Sequence record: SRR20825006_861 | Length of the DNA stretch: 61,683 nucleotides | Strand: one strand, 5' to 3' | In this document: piece by piece, positions 30,978-42,500 of the stretch | Numbering within the stretch: position 1 is the stretch's first letter | Layout: each line of letters opens with the position of its first letter | Notes under the pieces: model-generated | Databases searched by the model: none | Seen by the model: only the letters and a program-made list of their open reading frames with translations | What the model was told of the DNA's origin: nothing | Position numbers and translations under genes: made by a program

Positions 30978-32102
30978 ATGCGTTCTCGAGAAACCCTCCC
31001 CACGAGTCTATCCTTTCTCCTCTTTTGCTGCGCCCTCTCTGCCTGCGGTGATCCCGAGCCCGCGATGGAGCCATCTCCAGCTGGGGGTGAAGGAGAGGCG
31101 TGCTACCCTAACGATACGTGTGATTCGGGGTTGGTGTGCCTGAGTAACCTCTGCGTGATGCCTCCTGCCGCTGACGACATGGACGTCTCGCAGGAGCAGG
31201 ACATGAGCCGACCGATGGCAGACATGGGCGCCGACGAGCAGGATATGAGCGCCACGCCCGATATGGCCACTCCCACCCCGGATATGATGGCGATGGACAT
31301 GGGTGGTCAGCCAGAGGATATGGGCGAGGCGATGGACATGGGAGGTGGTCTCGAGGAGGTCGCCGAGCAGGAGACCAACAACGGCGCCACCGCCGATGAT
31401 TTCAACGACGTCTCGCCAGGGCAGGTCATCACGGGCGCGCTCTCCGAGCCGGGCGATATCGACATCTTCAAGGTCGATGCGCAGGCGGGTAAGGCGTACT
31501 CCTTTGACCTGATCGTCGACGAGACCTCCGATCTCGAAGGTCACCTGACGGCCATCGATGGAGGACGAGACGGAGACGCGCCGGGTGAGGATTACGTCAA
31601 GATCGCCATCGATGCTCAGGGCAAGGGCGCGCAGATGAAGTTGTTTGCCATGGGGGAGGGCGGCTACCTGCTCGTGGTTCGTGATCGTCGCGCCGTCGGG
31701 AGCGATCAGATGCTCGGAGGCGCAGGGTTTACCTACCGCCTGGAGGTTCGCGAGATCGAGGTCGAGGATATCTCTGGCGTGATGCTCTCGCCGCCGCAGA
31801 CGCTCTCGGATCAACTCGACGCGCCTGGTTCGGTCCGAGTCTACCCCTTCTCGACCGCCACAGAGGCTGAGGAGTGGCAGATCGCGTTGACCGCGAACTC
31901 GGACGCCTTCGATGGCCGCCTGCATGTGTTCTCACAGAGCAGCGGCGATTGGATCGCGCGTAATGATACGGGGCCAAACGGGAATGATCCTCTGATCGAT
32001 GCGCCTTTATTCGCGACCGGGATGATGTACCTGGTCGTCGAAAACATCACCCCGGAGGCGTCCGCGCTCGGTTACTCGCTCTCCGCCTCGAAGTCGCCTT
32101 GA
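30978..32102 (+). CDS. Lipoprotein with small Cys-rich module, Asp-Met linker and two PPC-like domains
   Basis: Lipobox LSAC; CYPNDTCDSGLVCLSNLC; DM-rich linker; EQETNN..., GALSEPGDIDIFK and FDGRLHVF...IARND. Confidence 0.75.
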   Translation: MRSRETLPTSLSFLLFCCALSACGDPEPAMEPSPAGGEGEACYPNDTCDSGLVCLSNLCVMPPAADDMDVSQEQDMSRPMADMGADEQDMSATPDMATPTPDMMAMDMGGQPEDMGEAMDMGGGLEEVAEQETNNGATADDFNDVSPGQVITGALSEPGDIDIFKVDAQAGKAYSFDLIVDETSDLEGHLTAIDGGRDGDAPGEDYVKIAIDAQGKGAQMKLFAMGEGGYLLVVRDRRAVGSDQMLGGAGFTYRLEVREIEVEDISGVMLSPPQTLSDQLDAPGSVRVYPFSTATEAEEWQIALTANSDAFDGRLHVFSQSSGDWIARNDTGPNGNDPLIDAPLFATGMMYLVVENITPEASALGYSLSASKSP

Positions 32103-32139
32103 GGGTGACCTCGGGCTCCTCTTGCATCGGTCACGACTC

Positions 32140-33123
32140 ATGCTCGAAATCATCCGCACAGGTCTCGATCGCGTCGCGCTCGAAGGGGCTCCCCAGGTTC
32201 GTTTTCGCCACGGGCCAGAACCTGGAGAGGAGCGGTTCTTCGAAGAGTTCGACATCCCCTCCCTGATCGATGCGCGCGCATGTCAGGACGAGGAGGGCGC
32301 ATGGTGGCTCTTTCTCGACGGGTTCTTCCCTGGAGATTGGCCCGTGTCATCTCGCTGGGTGGGGCCGATCGAAGAGGCGCTCGCGCTCGAGTTGAGCGCC
32401 CAACTTCGAGAATCACTCGAGCTTCCGCGCGAATTCGAGCCCGTCACCAGCGAACAACTCGAGCAGGACCTGGAGGGCTTCCACGAGCGTTACATCGAGG
32501 TCGAGGCGATCTGGCGCCGGGGGATGGAACGCAGCGAGATCGCGGGCGCATGGGCGCAGCTCGATCTCGACGCGCTCGAGCGCGCGGTGCTCGCTCCGCG
32601 AGGATCGCGCAGGCTCGAGACCACGCACCGCTTCCAGGGGAGGTGGGATGCCTCGGGGCGCAGCGCGGTGGCGTCCTCGACAGGTTCAGACAGGGCCAAC
32701 TTCTACGTGCACCGTATCCTACCGCCGAGGTTTGCGGGGAGTCCTCGGGAGCTCTTTGGAGAGATCCGCGCCAGGCTCCACGAGGGCAGGACGCGCGAGC
32801 ACTGGCGCGAGCTCGTGGCGTTGCTCGACGCGGCCACGAGCCTCGATTGGCTCGAGCAACAGGTCGTGCCATACGTCGAGCACGCGCTCGAAAGCTGGGA
32901 GGACGAGCGACGCGAGCTCCCGCCACACTGGGCGCTCCAGATCATCTCGGGCAAACCTCACCCGAAGCACAGGTTGGCGCTGATGGCGCGAGGTTATCCT
33001 CTTGTATGGCCGTTCGATGAGGAGGTCTGGGCAGCAGAGCTTATCAAGCTCTATGGCGTGGCCAGCTTGCTCGAGGACTCATCGCAGGAACATCCCGAAT
33101 CCGAGGATGAACCTGACGAGTGA
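32140..33123 (+). CDS. Hypothetical protein with C-terminal FGE.R...W domain
   Basis: Long ORF in codon-typical frame; its C-terminal segment aligns by eye with the N-termini of the proteins at 45391 and 55649. Confidence 0.65.
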   Translation: MLEIIRTGLDRVALEGAPQVRFRHGPEPGEERFFEEFDIPSLIDARACQDEEGAWWLFLDGFFPGDWPVSSRWVGPIEEALALELSAQLRESLELPREFEPVTSEQLEQDLEGFHERYIEVEAIWRRGMERSEIAGAWAQLDLDALERAVLAPRGSRRLETTHRFQGRWDASGRSAVASSTGSDRANFYVHRILPPRFAGSPRELFGEIRARLHEGRTREHWRELVALLDAATSLDWLEQQVVPYVEHALESWEDERRELPPHWALQIISGKPHPKHRLALMARGYPLVWPFDEEVWAAELIKLYGVASLLEDSSQEHPESEDEPDE

Positions 33124-33288
33124 TCGCCATATCCGACGCTCGGGTCGTTTTTGTGGAATCTTAGGGGTGCGCTCTGGAGCGCGAGCGACTAGACTCCCTT
33201 TTTGTGTGACTGGCGCGTCATGTGATCCACGGAGGGTCGCTTGTTGCGCGCCGCAACGATTGGTTCACGTTAGCCGGAGAGAAAAATT

Positions 33289-34470
<1,182 letters not shown>

Positions 34471-34563
34471 ACGTGCAAATGAGCCCTCGATGGAAGAATC
34501 ATCGCGACGCATTGGTTAGCTCCCGCGCGATCCTTCTTTGTTGTTCAGGACGAGGCGCTCTTC

Positions 34564-35943
34564 ATGACTGTACGGTCCCAGGAACCTTTGGAAACCTCCT
34601 CGCTCGGCGAGGAGGTTTCGCGTTTGTTGAAGTTGGCGTGGCCTGTGGTGCTCGGGCAGTGTGGACTGACCGGGCTGAACCTCGTGGACACGGTCTTTGC
34701 CGGAAAGGCTGGCGAGCATGCGCTCGCGGCGGTGTCGCTCGGGAACGTGACGAGCCTCTCGGCGATGATGCTCGGTTTCGGGCTCCTTAGCGGCTTCGAC
34801 CCCTTCTTCTCGCAAGCGCACGGCGCCAACAACCGCGCCGCAGGCGCGCGGGCTTTATATCGGGCGCTCTTCTTCTCGGTTGTTCTGGCCGTCCCGTTGA
34901 TCCTGCTACACGCGAACATCGCGCCGCTGATGGTGCTCCTGAATCAACCGACACAGACGATCCCGTTGGCGGCAGGTTATTGCGGCGCGCTCGCTGTGGG
35001 CGTCCTCCCGGTGCTGTTGTTCTCGGCGATCGCGCAGTTTCTGCAAGGTCTTGGCGAGATGCGCGCGCCGATGATCGCGATCCTTTGCGCGAACGTCATC
35101 AACGTCATCTTCGACGCGGTCCTGATCCTCGGGTGGGAGGAGATGGGCATCCCTGCCATGGGCGCGTTCGGCTGCGGGATCGCCACGGCGGTGGTGCAGT
35201 GGGGGATGTTGTTCTTTTTGCTGCTCATCGCCAGGAAGAAGCTCGCCGCCTACCCGTTTCCTCGCACAGGTCAGCGCGTGTTCGATCCCAGGAAGTTGGG
35301 GGCGATGCTGCGCGTCGGCGCTCCGGTGGCCCTCCAGCGCGCGCTCGAGGCGTGGGCGTTCTCCTCGCTCGGGGTGATGATGGGGATGCTCGGTGAGCGA
35401 GAACTCGCCGCGCAATCCGTGGCGATCAACATCGTCTCGTTCACCTTCATGATCCCGTTTGGTATCGGCGCGGCCGCGGCGACTCGTGTGGGGAACCTCG
35501 TCGGCGCGGCGCGCGCCTGGCACACGACGGCCTGGATCGCCGTCGCGTTCTCGGTGGCGTGGATGACCATGATGGCGGTGATTTTTACCGCCACAGGGGA
35601 CAACATCGCCTCCATCTTTATCGAGGACGCCGCCGTGGTCGCCACGGTCGGGCTGGTGATGCCTGTGGCCGCGGCGTTTCAGATCTTTGACGGCGTGCAG
35701 GCTTCTGCCTTTGGCGTCCTGAGAGGCGCGGGTGATACGCGTTGGCCCGCGATGATCAACCTGCTCGGCTACTGGATCATCGGTATCCCGCTCGGTTACT
35801 GGTTCGGGGTTCACCTCTATCAAGATCCTCGCTATGTGTGGGGAGGCGTCGCCGTCGCGCTGGCGTTCATCTCGGCGCTGGTGGTCGCTCGCATGGTCTG
35901 GGTGATGAAGCGCGGCGCGACGATCGTACAAAACGAAGAGTAG
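34564..35943 (+). CDS. MATE family efflux transporter (NorM-like)
   Basis: LKLAWPVVLGQ, VDTVFAG, SQAHGA, RVGNLVGA and FQIFDGVQ...GVLRGAGDTR; about 12 TM segments. Confidence 0.92.
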   Translation: MTVRSQEPLETSSLGEEVSRLLKLAWPVVLGQCGLTGLNLVDTVFAGKAGEHALAAVSLGNVTSLSAMMLGFGLLSGFDPFFSQAHGANNRAAGARALYRALFFSVVLAVPLILLHANIAPLMVLLNQPTQTIPLAAGYCGALAVGVLPVLLFSAIAQFLQGLGEMRAPMIAILCANVINVIFDAVLILGWEEMGIPAMGAFGCGIATAVVQWGMLFFLLLIARKKLAAYPFPRTGQRVFDPRKLGAMLRVGAPVALQRALEAWAFSSLGVMMGMLGERELAAQSVAINIVSFTFMIPFGIGAAAATRVGNLVGAARAWHTTAWIAVAFSVAWMTMMAVIFTATGDNIASIFIEDAAVVATVGLVMPVAAAFQIFDGVQASAFGVLRGAGDTRWPAMINLLGYWIIGIPLGYWFGVHLYQDPRYVWGGVAVALAFISALVVARMVWVMKRGATIVQNEE

Positions 35944-35957
35944 TCATCGAGGTTTCG

Positions 35958-37610
35958 ATGCGGTTCGACGACGTGGAGCAAAAGAAGCGAGACGGGGTGG
36001 TTTATACGCCCGAGGCGCTCGCGAGGTTTGTCGCGAGGCGGCTGCTCGCTTGCTTGCCCGACGACGCGCCATCTCGAGCTGAGGACAAGAGGAAGCTCTC
36101 GATTTACGATCCTGCCGTCGGGGATGGCGCGCTGCTCCACGCGCTCGCCAGCGAGCTTGTTGCCACGGGCCAGCGCGCCATCTCCATTCGCGGCGGTGAT
36201 ATCGACGCCGATGCTTTGGCGCTCGCCGCGGACCGGCTCTCGTCATTCGAGGAAGTCGCGCTCGAGGAGCGCGACTTCCTCGCGGGCGAGGTCGAGGTCT
36301 CTCCCGATCTCCTGATCGCGAACCCACCTTATGTGCGCACACAGATCCTCGGCGCCGATGTCGTCGAGGATCTTCGCGCGCGGTTTGGCCTCACCGGTCG
36401 CATCGACCTGAGCCACGCCTTCCTGCTGCGCGCGCTCGACGCGCTCGCGCCGGGTGGGGTCGCCGCCATCATCACCTCGAATCGGTTCATGACCGTGCGT
36501 GCAGGGGAGAAGGTGCGCGCCAGGTTGCGCGGCGAGGCGACCTTGCGAGAGATCTGGGACCTCGGGGACTCCAGGTTGTTCGACGCGGCGGTCTTGCCCG
36601 TGGTTTTGATCTTCGAGAAGCGCGCCCCCGAAGAAGAAGATCCTCTCGCGCTCTTCACGAGCGTGTATGAGGTCGAACCCGCGGTCATCGGGGAGGAGGA
36701 CGCCCCCGAGGCGGCGGGGGTGTTGGAGGCGTTGTCCCATGAAGGGGGCGTGTTACTGCCCGATGATCGCGCCGTCCTGGTGCGCAAGGGGGTCCTCGCG
36801 TGCGCCGAGCACGAAGGGGATGTCTGGCGCGGCGTGAGCGAGGATGAGGAGGCGTGGCTCGAGACGCTGGCCAAAAACACATGGAAGCGCTTCGGGGAGG
36901 TTGGAAAGATCAAGGTTGGCGTGAAGTCATGCGCTGACGCGGTGTTCCTGCGCGATGATTGGGACTCGCTCGATGTGCAACCCGAGCTGCTGCGGCCCGT
37001 GATGACGCATCATGTCGCGCGGCGCTTCGCGGCGCGGGATGGCGAGCGCCAGATCCTCTATCCACATCAATCCACTGGCGGGGCTCGCCATCCCGCGCCG
37101 CTCGCGAGCTACCCCGAGACGGAGCGCTATCTCGAGCAACACAGGGAGCGGCTCGAGGGGCGCGCCTACCTGATCGCGGCGGGGCGGCAGTGGTACGAGC
37201 TCTGGGTCGCGCATGATCCGAAGCGTTGGGATGATCCAAAGCTTGTCTGGCGAGACATCGTCGACGAGCCGACCTTCTGGGCGGATACAGAAGGATCGGT
37301 GGTCAACGGCGATTGTTACTGGATGTACCTTGGCGAGCAGGTCGAGGAGGACGTCCTCTGGCTCGCGCTGGCGGTGGCCAACTCGTCGGTGACGGCGAGG
37401 TTTTATGACCTGCGCTTTAACAACAAGCTGTATGCGGGGAGGCGGCGCTTTATCACGCAATACGTCAAGCACTTCCCCTTGCCTGACCCTGATACTGAGA
37501 TCGCGCGCGAGCTTATAGAGCTCGCGCGCGACGCTCACGAGCAACACCTCGAGGTCGATCCCGAGGCGCTGGACGCGTTGGTGAAAGAGGCGTTCGGGCT
37601 CGACGCCTGA
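35958..37610 (+). CDS. Gamma-class N6-adenine DNA methyltransferase, M.BseCI/M.BanIII-like, with no adjacent endonuclease
   Basis: GVVYTP, YDPAVGDGALL (motif I), IANPPYVRTQILG (motif IV), ITSNRF, DLGDSRLFDAAVLP, WYELWVAHDP and NNKLYAGRRRFITQYV. Confidence 0.88.
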   Translation: MRFDDVEQKKRDGVVYTPEALARFVARRLLACLPDDAPSRAEDKRKLSIYDPAVGDGALLHALASELVATGQRAISIRGGDIDADALALAADRLSSFEEVALEERDFLAGEVEVSPDLLIANPPYVRTQILGADVVEDLRARFGLTGRIDLSHAFLLRALDALAPGGVAAIITSNRFMTVRAGEKVRARLRGEATLREIWDLGDSRLFDAAVLPVVLIFEKRAPEEEDPLALFTSVYEVEPAVIGEEDAPEAAGVLEALSHEGGVLLPDDRAVLVRKGVLACAEHEGDVWRGVSEDEEAWLETLAKNTWKRFGEVGKIKVGVKSCADAVFLRDDWDSLDVQPELLRPVMTHHVARRFAARDGERQILYPHQSTGGARHPAPLASYPETERYLEQHRERLEGRAYLIAAGRQWYELWVAHDPKRWDDPKLVWRDIVDEPTFWADTEGSVVNGDCYWMYLGEQVEEDVLWLALAVANSSVTARFYDLRFNNKLYAGRRRFITQYVKHFPLPDPDTEIARELIELARDAHEQHLEVDPEALDALVKEAFGLDA

Positions 37611-37611
37611 T

Positions 37612-38415
37612 TCACTCGTCGAAGGTGTTGTAGTCGATGATGCGCGGCGCTTCGAGGATCGGTTCTTCTCCCTGATTCATCGCCTCGCACAGCCCCTCGA
37701 GGTCGATCTCGAAGTTCTCCGGGTCGATGATGTAGCGGGGATCGAGCCAGGCGGCCATCAGCGCGAAGCGCTCGTCATCGGGCATATCTGCCGAGGCGTG
37801 AAGTCTGGCGTCGAGCGTCCCCATGATGCTGACGTCATGATCGTCTTCGTAGAGGATCTGCGTGGTGACGTTCCCCGCGATCACCAACGAGTTATCATTG
37901 TACTGCCCGAGCAGCATCAGCGTCTCCACATCCCCGAGGACACAAAACTCGCCGCTGGTCATCAGCGCTGGCGCGCGGAGGTTGCCAAGAATCACCACAT
38001 GAGAATCGGGGCCTTCATCAGAGATGACGCCCTCGCAGAAGCAATCCCCGAGGACCCACAGCGCGCTCGAGATCTCGAGCGGTCCCTCCACGTAGAGGTT
38101 CCCGGGAACAATGGTAGGGCGTTCGATGCCGTAGCCCTCGCTCACCAAGGAGGGCTGGCCTTCGCCCTCAAGCAAGTCCCCGAGGACGCTGGCGAGCAGG
38201 GCAGGGCGTGTCTGAGGTCCGTAGATGAGCTCCTCGGCGATCTCTTCCCAGCTCGACGCGCCCTCGACCAGAGCGCGCAGCGACTCCGGGTTCGGCTCGC
38301 TGTGGTGCGACATGGCCTGGAGGACCTCGTCGCTGATCTTGTCGAGCAGCAGGCGTGCGGTGGAGACCACGAGGTCGGCATCGAGCGGCGTGTTGGGTGG
38401 TGAGATCAAAGACAT
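37612..38415 (-). CDS. Hypothetical acidic protein with beta-solenoid-like V.G(N/D)L repeats
   Basis: AGGAG RBS; repeats IVPGNLYVEG, WVLGDCFCEG, VILGNLRA, CVLGDVET and VIAGNVTT. Confidence 0.7.
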   Translation of the reverse strand: MSLISPPNTPLDADLVVSTARLLLDKISDEVLQAMSHHSEPNPESLRALVEGASSWEEIAEELIYGPQTRPALLASVLGDLLEGEGQPSLVSEGYGIERPTIVPGNLYVEGPLEISSALWVLGDCFCEGVISDEGPDSHVVILGNLRAPALMTSGEFCVLGDVETLMLLGQYNDNSLVIAGNVTTQILYEDDHDVSIMGTLDARLHASADMPDDERFALMAAWLDPRYIIDPENFEIDLEGLCEAMNQGEEPILEAPRIIDYNTFDE

Positions 38416-38510
38416 ACATTCACTCCTGGCGTGTGGCGGACGGTTCGAAAAAGGTGTGATAACCTTGTGGTGTTGCTTGTAATTGAAGGCAATGCGCGAG
38501 TTATCGTTCG

Positions 38511-39530
38511 ATGCCCCCGAAGGGGAAGGGGAAGGGGGAGATGAAACCGACGGTCACCTGGTGCATTCCCTTCAGGAGCGTAAAACCCAGTGAGTTTAAC
38601 CGAAGCGGTGACATCGTGGCATTTGAAGATATCAAGAAGGGGCTCAAGGCAGCAGCAGAGGTGACGCGCTCGGCGCGCAATCCAGTCGAGCTCTTGAAGA
38701 TGGCGCTTCCAGCGGAGATGCGCGGGCGGCATCTTCTCAATGATGGTGCGCCGGCGCAAGATGCGCCGCGAGGCGCCGAGATCGCCGTCGCGCTCCGTGG
38801 GTTGCGAAACCGCCTCAAGGGGGACGCCTACGTCGTCGAGAGCGGCGGCGTCGACTACGCCAAGCTCGCGGGCTCCGAGGCCTTCGCCGCGCTCGAAGAA
38901 ACAAGCCGCGCGCTCAAGCTCTTGCGCCCCGAGGATCTCCCCACGCACGAGGAGCGCCTGGCGTTCTGGATCAACCTCTATAACGTGCAAGTGATTCACG
39001 GTGTCATCGCGCTCGGTATCGAGAAGTCGGTGCGAGAGATCCCATCATTCTTTTCGACCATTGCCTACCAGATCGGAGAGGAGTTCTTCACGCCGGATGC
39101 GATCGAGCACGGGCTCTTGCGCATGAACACGGGGCACCACTCTCGTCACAAGACCTTCTTCAAGGAAGGCGACCCACGCATGGCGTGGATGGTGGATAAA
39201 CTCGACCCGCGCATCCACGTGTCACTCGTTTGTGTTTCACAGGGGTGTCCCCCGATCGCTTTTTACGACGCAGAGCGCATCGAGGAGCAGCTTACGATGG
39301 CCGCCGAGGGGTTCGTGAACACGGGCGTCGAGGTGGATGACGACAGGGGCGAGATCGTGACCTCGTCGATCTTCGATTGGTACGGTGGAGACTTTGGCGG
39401 AGAGCGAGGCGTGCTCGACTTCTTTATCGCGCACGCCGATCCCGGCTTGAAGGAATCACTCGAGAACGCGCGCGCCAAAAACTACACGATGCGCTTTCTC
39501 CCCTATGACTGGTCGCTCAATTCGCTCTGA
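38511..39530 (+). CDS. DUF547 domain protein
   Basis: VDYAKL, LAFWINLYN, DPRIH..LVC.S.GCPP, IFDWYGGDFG and YDWSLN. The true start may be downstream (e.g. GTG 38616). Confidence 0.85.
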   Translation: MPPKGKGKGEMKPTVTWCIPFRSVKPSEFNRSGDIVAFEDIKKGLKAAAEVTRSARNPVELLKMALPAEMRGRHLLNDGAPAQDAPRGAEIAVALRGLRNRLKGDAYVVESGGVDYAKLAGSEAFAALEETSRALKLLRPEDLPTHEERLAFWINLYNVQVIHGVIALGIEKSVREIPSFFSTIAYQIGEEFFTPDAIEHGLLRMNTGHHSRHKTFFKEGDPRMAWMVDKLDPRIHVSLVCVSQGCPPIAFYDAERIEEQLTMAAEGFVNTGVEVDDDRGEIVTSSIFDWYGGDFGGERGVLDFFIAHADPGLKESLENARAKNYTMRFLPYDWSLNSL

Positions 39531-39533
39531 GGA

Positions 39534-42500
39534 TCAGTCCTCGAGCGCGTGCTTTTCCGGCTCTCTCCCCGAGAGATCGCGGAGCGTCTCGAGCAGCTCG
39601 ATGTTGTTCCACGGCTTCTTGGCAAAGCGCGTGATGTCATCGAACGGAATCCCCTGGCTCTGGATCATCGAGGCGTAGCCGCTCGTCAACAACACGGGGA
39701 GTCCAGGTTGGAGCAACCGGAGCTGTCTCGCTGTCTCGACGCCATCGAGCCCGGGCATCGAGATATCGATCAGCGCCACGTCGAGAGGTTCCGGCGCGAC
39801 GCGCAGGCATTTGATCGCCTCGAAGCCGTTCCTGGCGGTCATCGTGTCGAACCCCTCGGCAGAGAGGAGGCGGTTGATCGGCCTGAGCAGTGGTTCTTCA
39901 TCATCGACAATCAGGATACGGAGTGGACCTGTCGGGGGCGCTGGTTCGGGGAGGTGCATTCCCGTGAGCCCGGGCAGGAACAGCGTCACGGTGGTGCCCG
40001 CATTGGGCGTCGTTTGCACCGTGATCGCGCCTCCCATCGCGTGCGTGGTCGCGAGCACCGTGGAGAGCCCGAGCCCTCGCCCGACGAACTTGGTCGAGAA
40101 GAACGGCTCCATGATGCGATCGAGGTGCGCCTCGGGGATACCCACGCCTGTGTCCGAGATCGAGAGCGTGACGTAGCGACCTGGCTTCAGGTCCGAGCGC
40201 AGCATGTAACGTTGACAGAAGGCTTCATCGAGGATCGTCCCGCCCGTCTTGAACAGGATATCACCGGTGCCATCGATGGCCTCGATGGCGTTTTTGGTGA
40301 GGTTGATGACCGCCTGCTGGAGTTGATTGAGGTCGCCTCTGGTTTGTGGCAAGTCCTCGGAGAGCGAGAAGGCGGATTCGATCCCCTCGGGGATGGTCAC
40401 CGAGATCAGGTGGTTGATGTCCGTGAGCGCGTCGTTGATCTGGAAGGGTTCGTCCTCGAAGGTTCCCTTGCCGGAGAAGACGAGCATCTGGTGACACATC
40501 TGCGATGCGCGCTTGGTGATGTCCTTGATGTTCTGGAAGTAGTCGATGACGCCATCGTCCTCGGGGAGGGTGCGGAGCCCGAGGTCGGCGTAGGTCAACG
40601 TGACCGAGAGCATGTTGTTGAAGTCATGCGCGATCCCGCCTGCGAGCGCGCCCAGGCTCTCGAGGCGCTGCGAGTGTTGCGTTTGCTCGGCGAGCCGTTG
40701 CCGATCGCGCGTCGATCGGCGCTCCTCGGTGAGATCCTCGACGATGACGGTGAAGCCGTCGTAGACCTGGTCATCCTTTCGTTGCGGGACGAAGCTGAAC
40801 TGGAGCTCGCGCGTGTCACTCTTGCCGCGATCATAGCGCACGTCGAAGTGTTGCTCGTTGCCCGCGATGGCTTCTGCGATCCGTGGCGCGAGCGGGATGT
40901 AGAAGTCCTCTCCGAGCACCTGGCCAAAGGAGCTCCCGATCGCCTCGTCCAGGTCGATCATGAACAGCTCGGTGAACGCCTCGTTGGCCAGCTGGAAGTT
41001 GGCGTCGGAGTTGATGATGGCGAGCGGCATAGGCACCGTGTCGAGCAGGGACTGTCTGTTAAACTCGGCTGCCAACATACGGCGCTCGGTCAGGAGCTGT
41101 TCGCCGAGGTCACGCGAGACCGAGATGACGCCCATCACGCGTTCTTGCTGGCTGTCGACCATCGGCGTGAGCGAGAGCTCGTTGTAGTGCTCGCCATCCT
41201 TATCACGCCACTGCAAGGAGATGGCGCGAGGTTGTCCATCGGCGACGACCTGCGCGAGCGCTTGCTCGAGCTGTTTGCGAGGTTCTTCCGGGAGGACGAC
41301 GTCCGTTTGCGCGGCGTCGTTTTTGTAGGTCACCTCGAAGTCTTCGTTGTGGATCGTGACTCGATCGGTCGTCGTGCGCATGATCGCTTCGACGAGCGCC
41401 GTCTGCTCCTCGCGCTCGGATTGCAGGCGCTTGAGCTCGATCTCCTGATACTTGCGCTCGGTGATGTCCTCGGCGAGCAGCGCGCGTCTGTAGATCGCGC
41501 CAGTCTCTGTGCCGATGGGGAAGATTTGTAGGCGGATCCAGGCGTGACCCGTCGGCTCATCGGAGGCTCTGATGCGAAACTCGATGCTCGGGCTGCTCGA
41601 TGCGGCGGTGTTGTGGATCACCTCCTCGACCCTGGGGCGATCTTCGGGGAGCACGCTCGAGAGCCAACCGTAAGGGTGATCCTCGAGTTTGTACGGTGAG
41701 TGGCGCCAGATCGCCTCGAACGAGGGGCTCGTGTATAGGGAGCGCTGCGGATCGAGCGCGACGAGTTGGTAGCTGACCGCAATGTTATCGGCGAGCTGCT
41801 GGAAGCGCTCTTGCAGCTGGAGCTGCTTGTTCTCGGCTTCGCGCATGCGCGTGATGTCGGTGAAGGTGATGACGACGCCCTCGATGCTGCCGGTTTCGGT
41901 GCGATAGGGGCTCACGCGGAGCAAGAAGGTGCGGTTGCTCTGGCGCGAGGTGACCTCTTCCTCTTCCTGGCGCCCCGAGCGCATCACGCGCTGCGCGCGC
42001 TCGGCCCAGTTGGAGATCTCGATGTTCGAGGAGATGTGCGTGATCGGGCGGCCGACATCCTGAGGGATCAGGTTGAAGATGTCGGCGGTCGCGTCAGTGA
42101 ACTTGCGGATCTTGAGATCGTTGTCGAGGAAGAGCGTCCCGATATTGGTCGAGGAGAGCAGGTTGTTGAGGTCGGAGTTGAGCTCGGTGAGCTCCTCGAT
42201 CTTGCGTTGGTACTCGGCGTTGACGGTGTAGAGCTCCTCGTTGAGCGAGTGGAGCTCTTCGTTTGTCGACTGCAACTCTTCGTTGGAGACGACCATCTCC
42301 TCGTTTGTCGCCTGCAGCTCTTCGTTGCTCGCTGCGAGCTCCTCGATGGTCGACTGGAGGTGCTCGCGGGTGTAGCTGAGCTCGTACTCGAGCTGGTCGA
42401 TATGGCGCCTGGACTCCTCGTCCATATCGAGGTGTTGGTCGCCTGGCTCTCCCTCGATGACGCCGTCCTCTGGCGCCGGGAGTTGCCGCTGGGCATGCAC

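Noticed and set aside
37612..38415. Cognate restriction endonuclease for the methyltransferase
   Set aside because: The protein is very acidic with beta-solenoid-like repeats and shows no PD-(D/E)xK or HNH motif.
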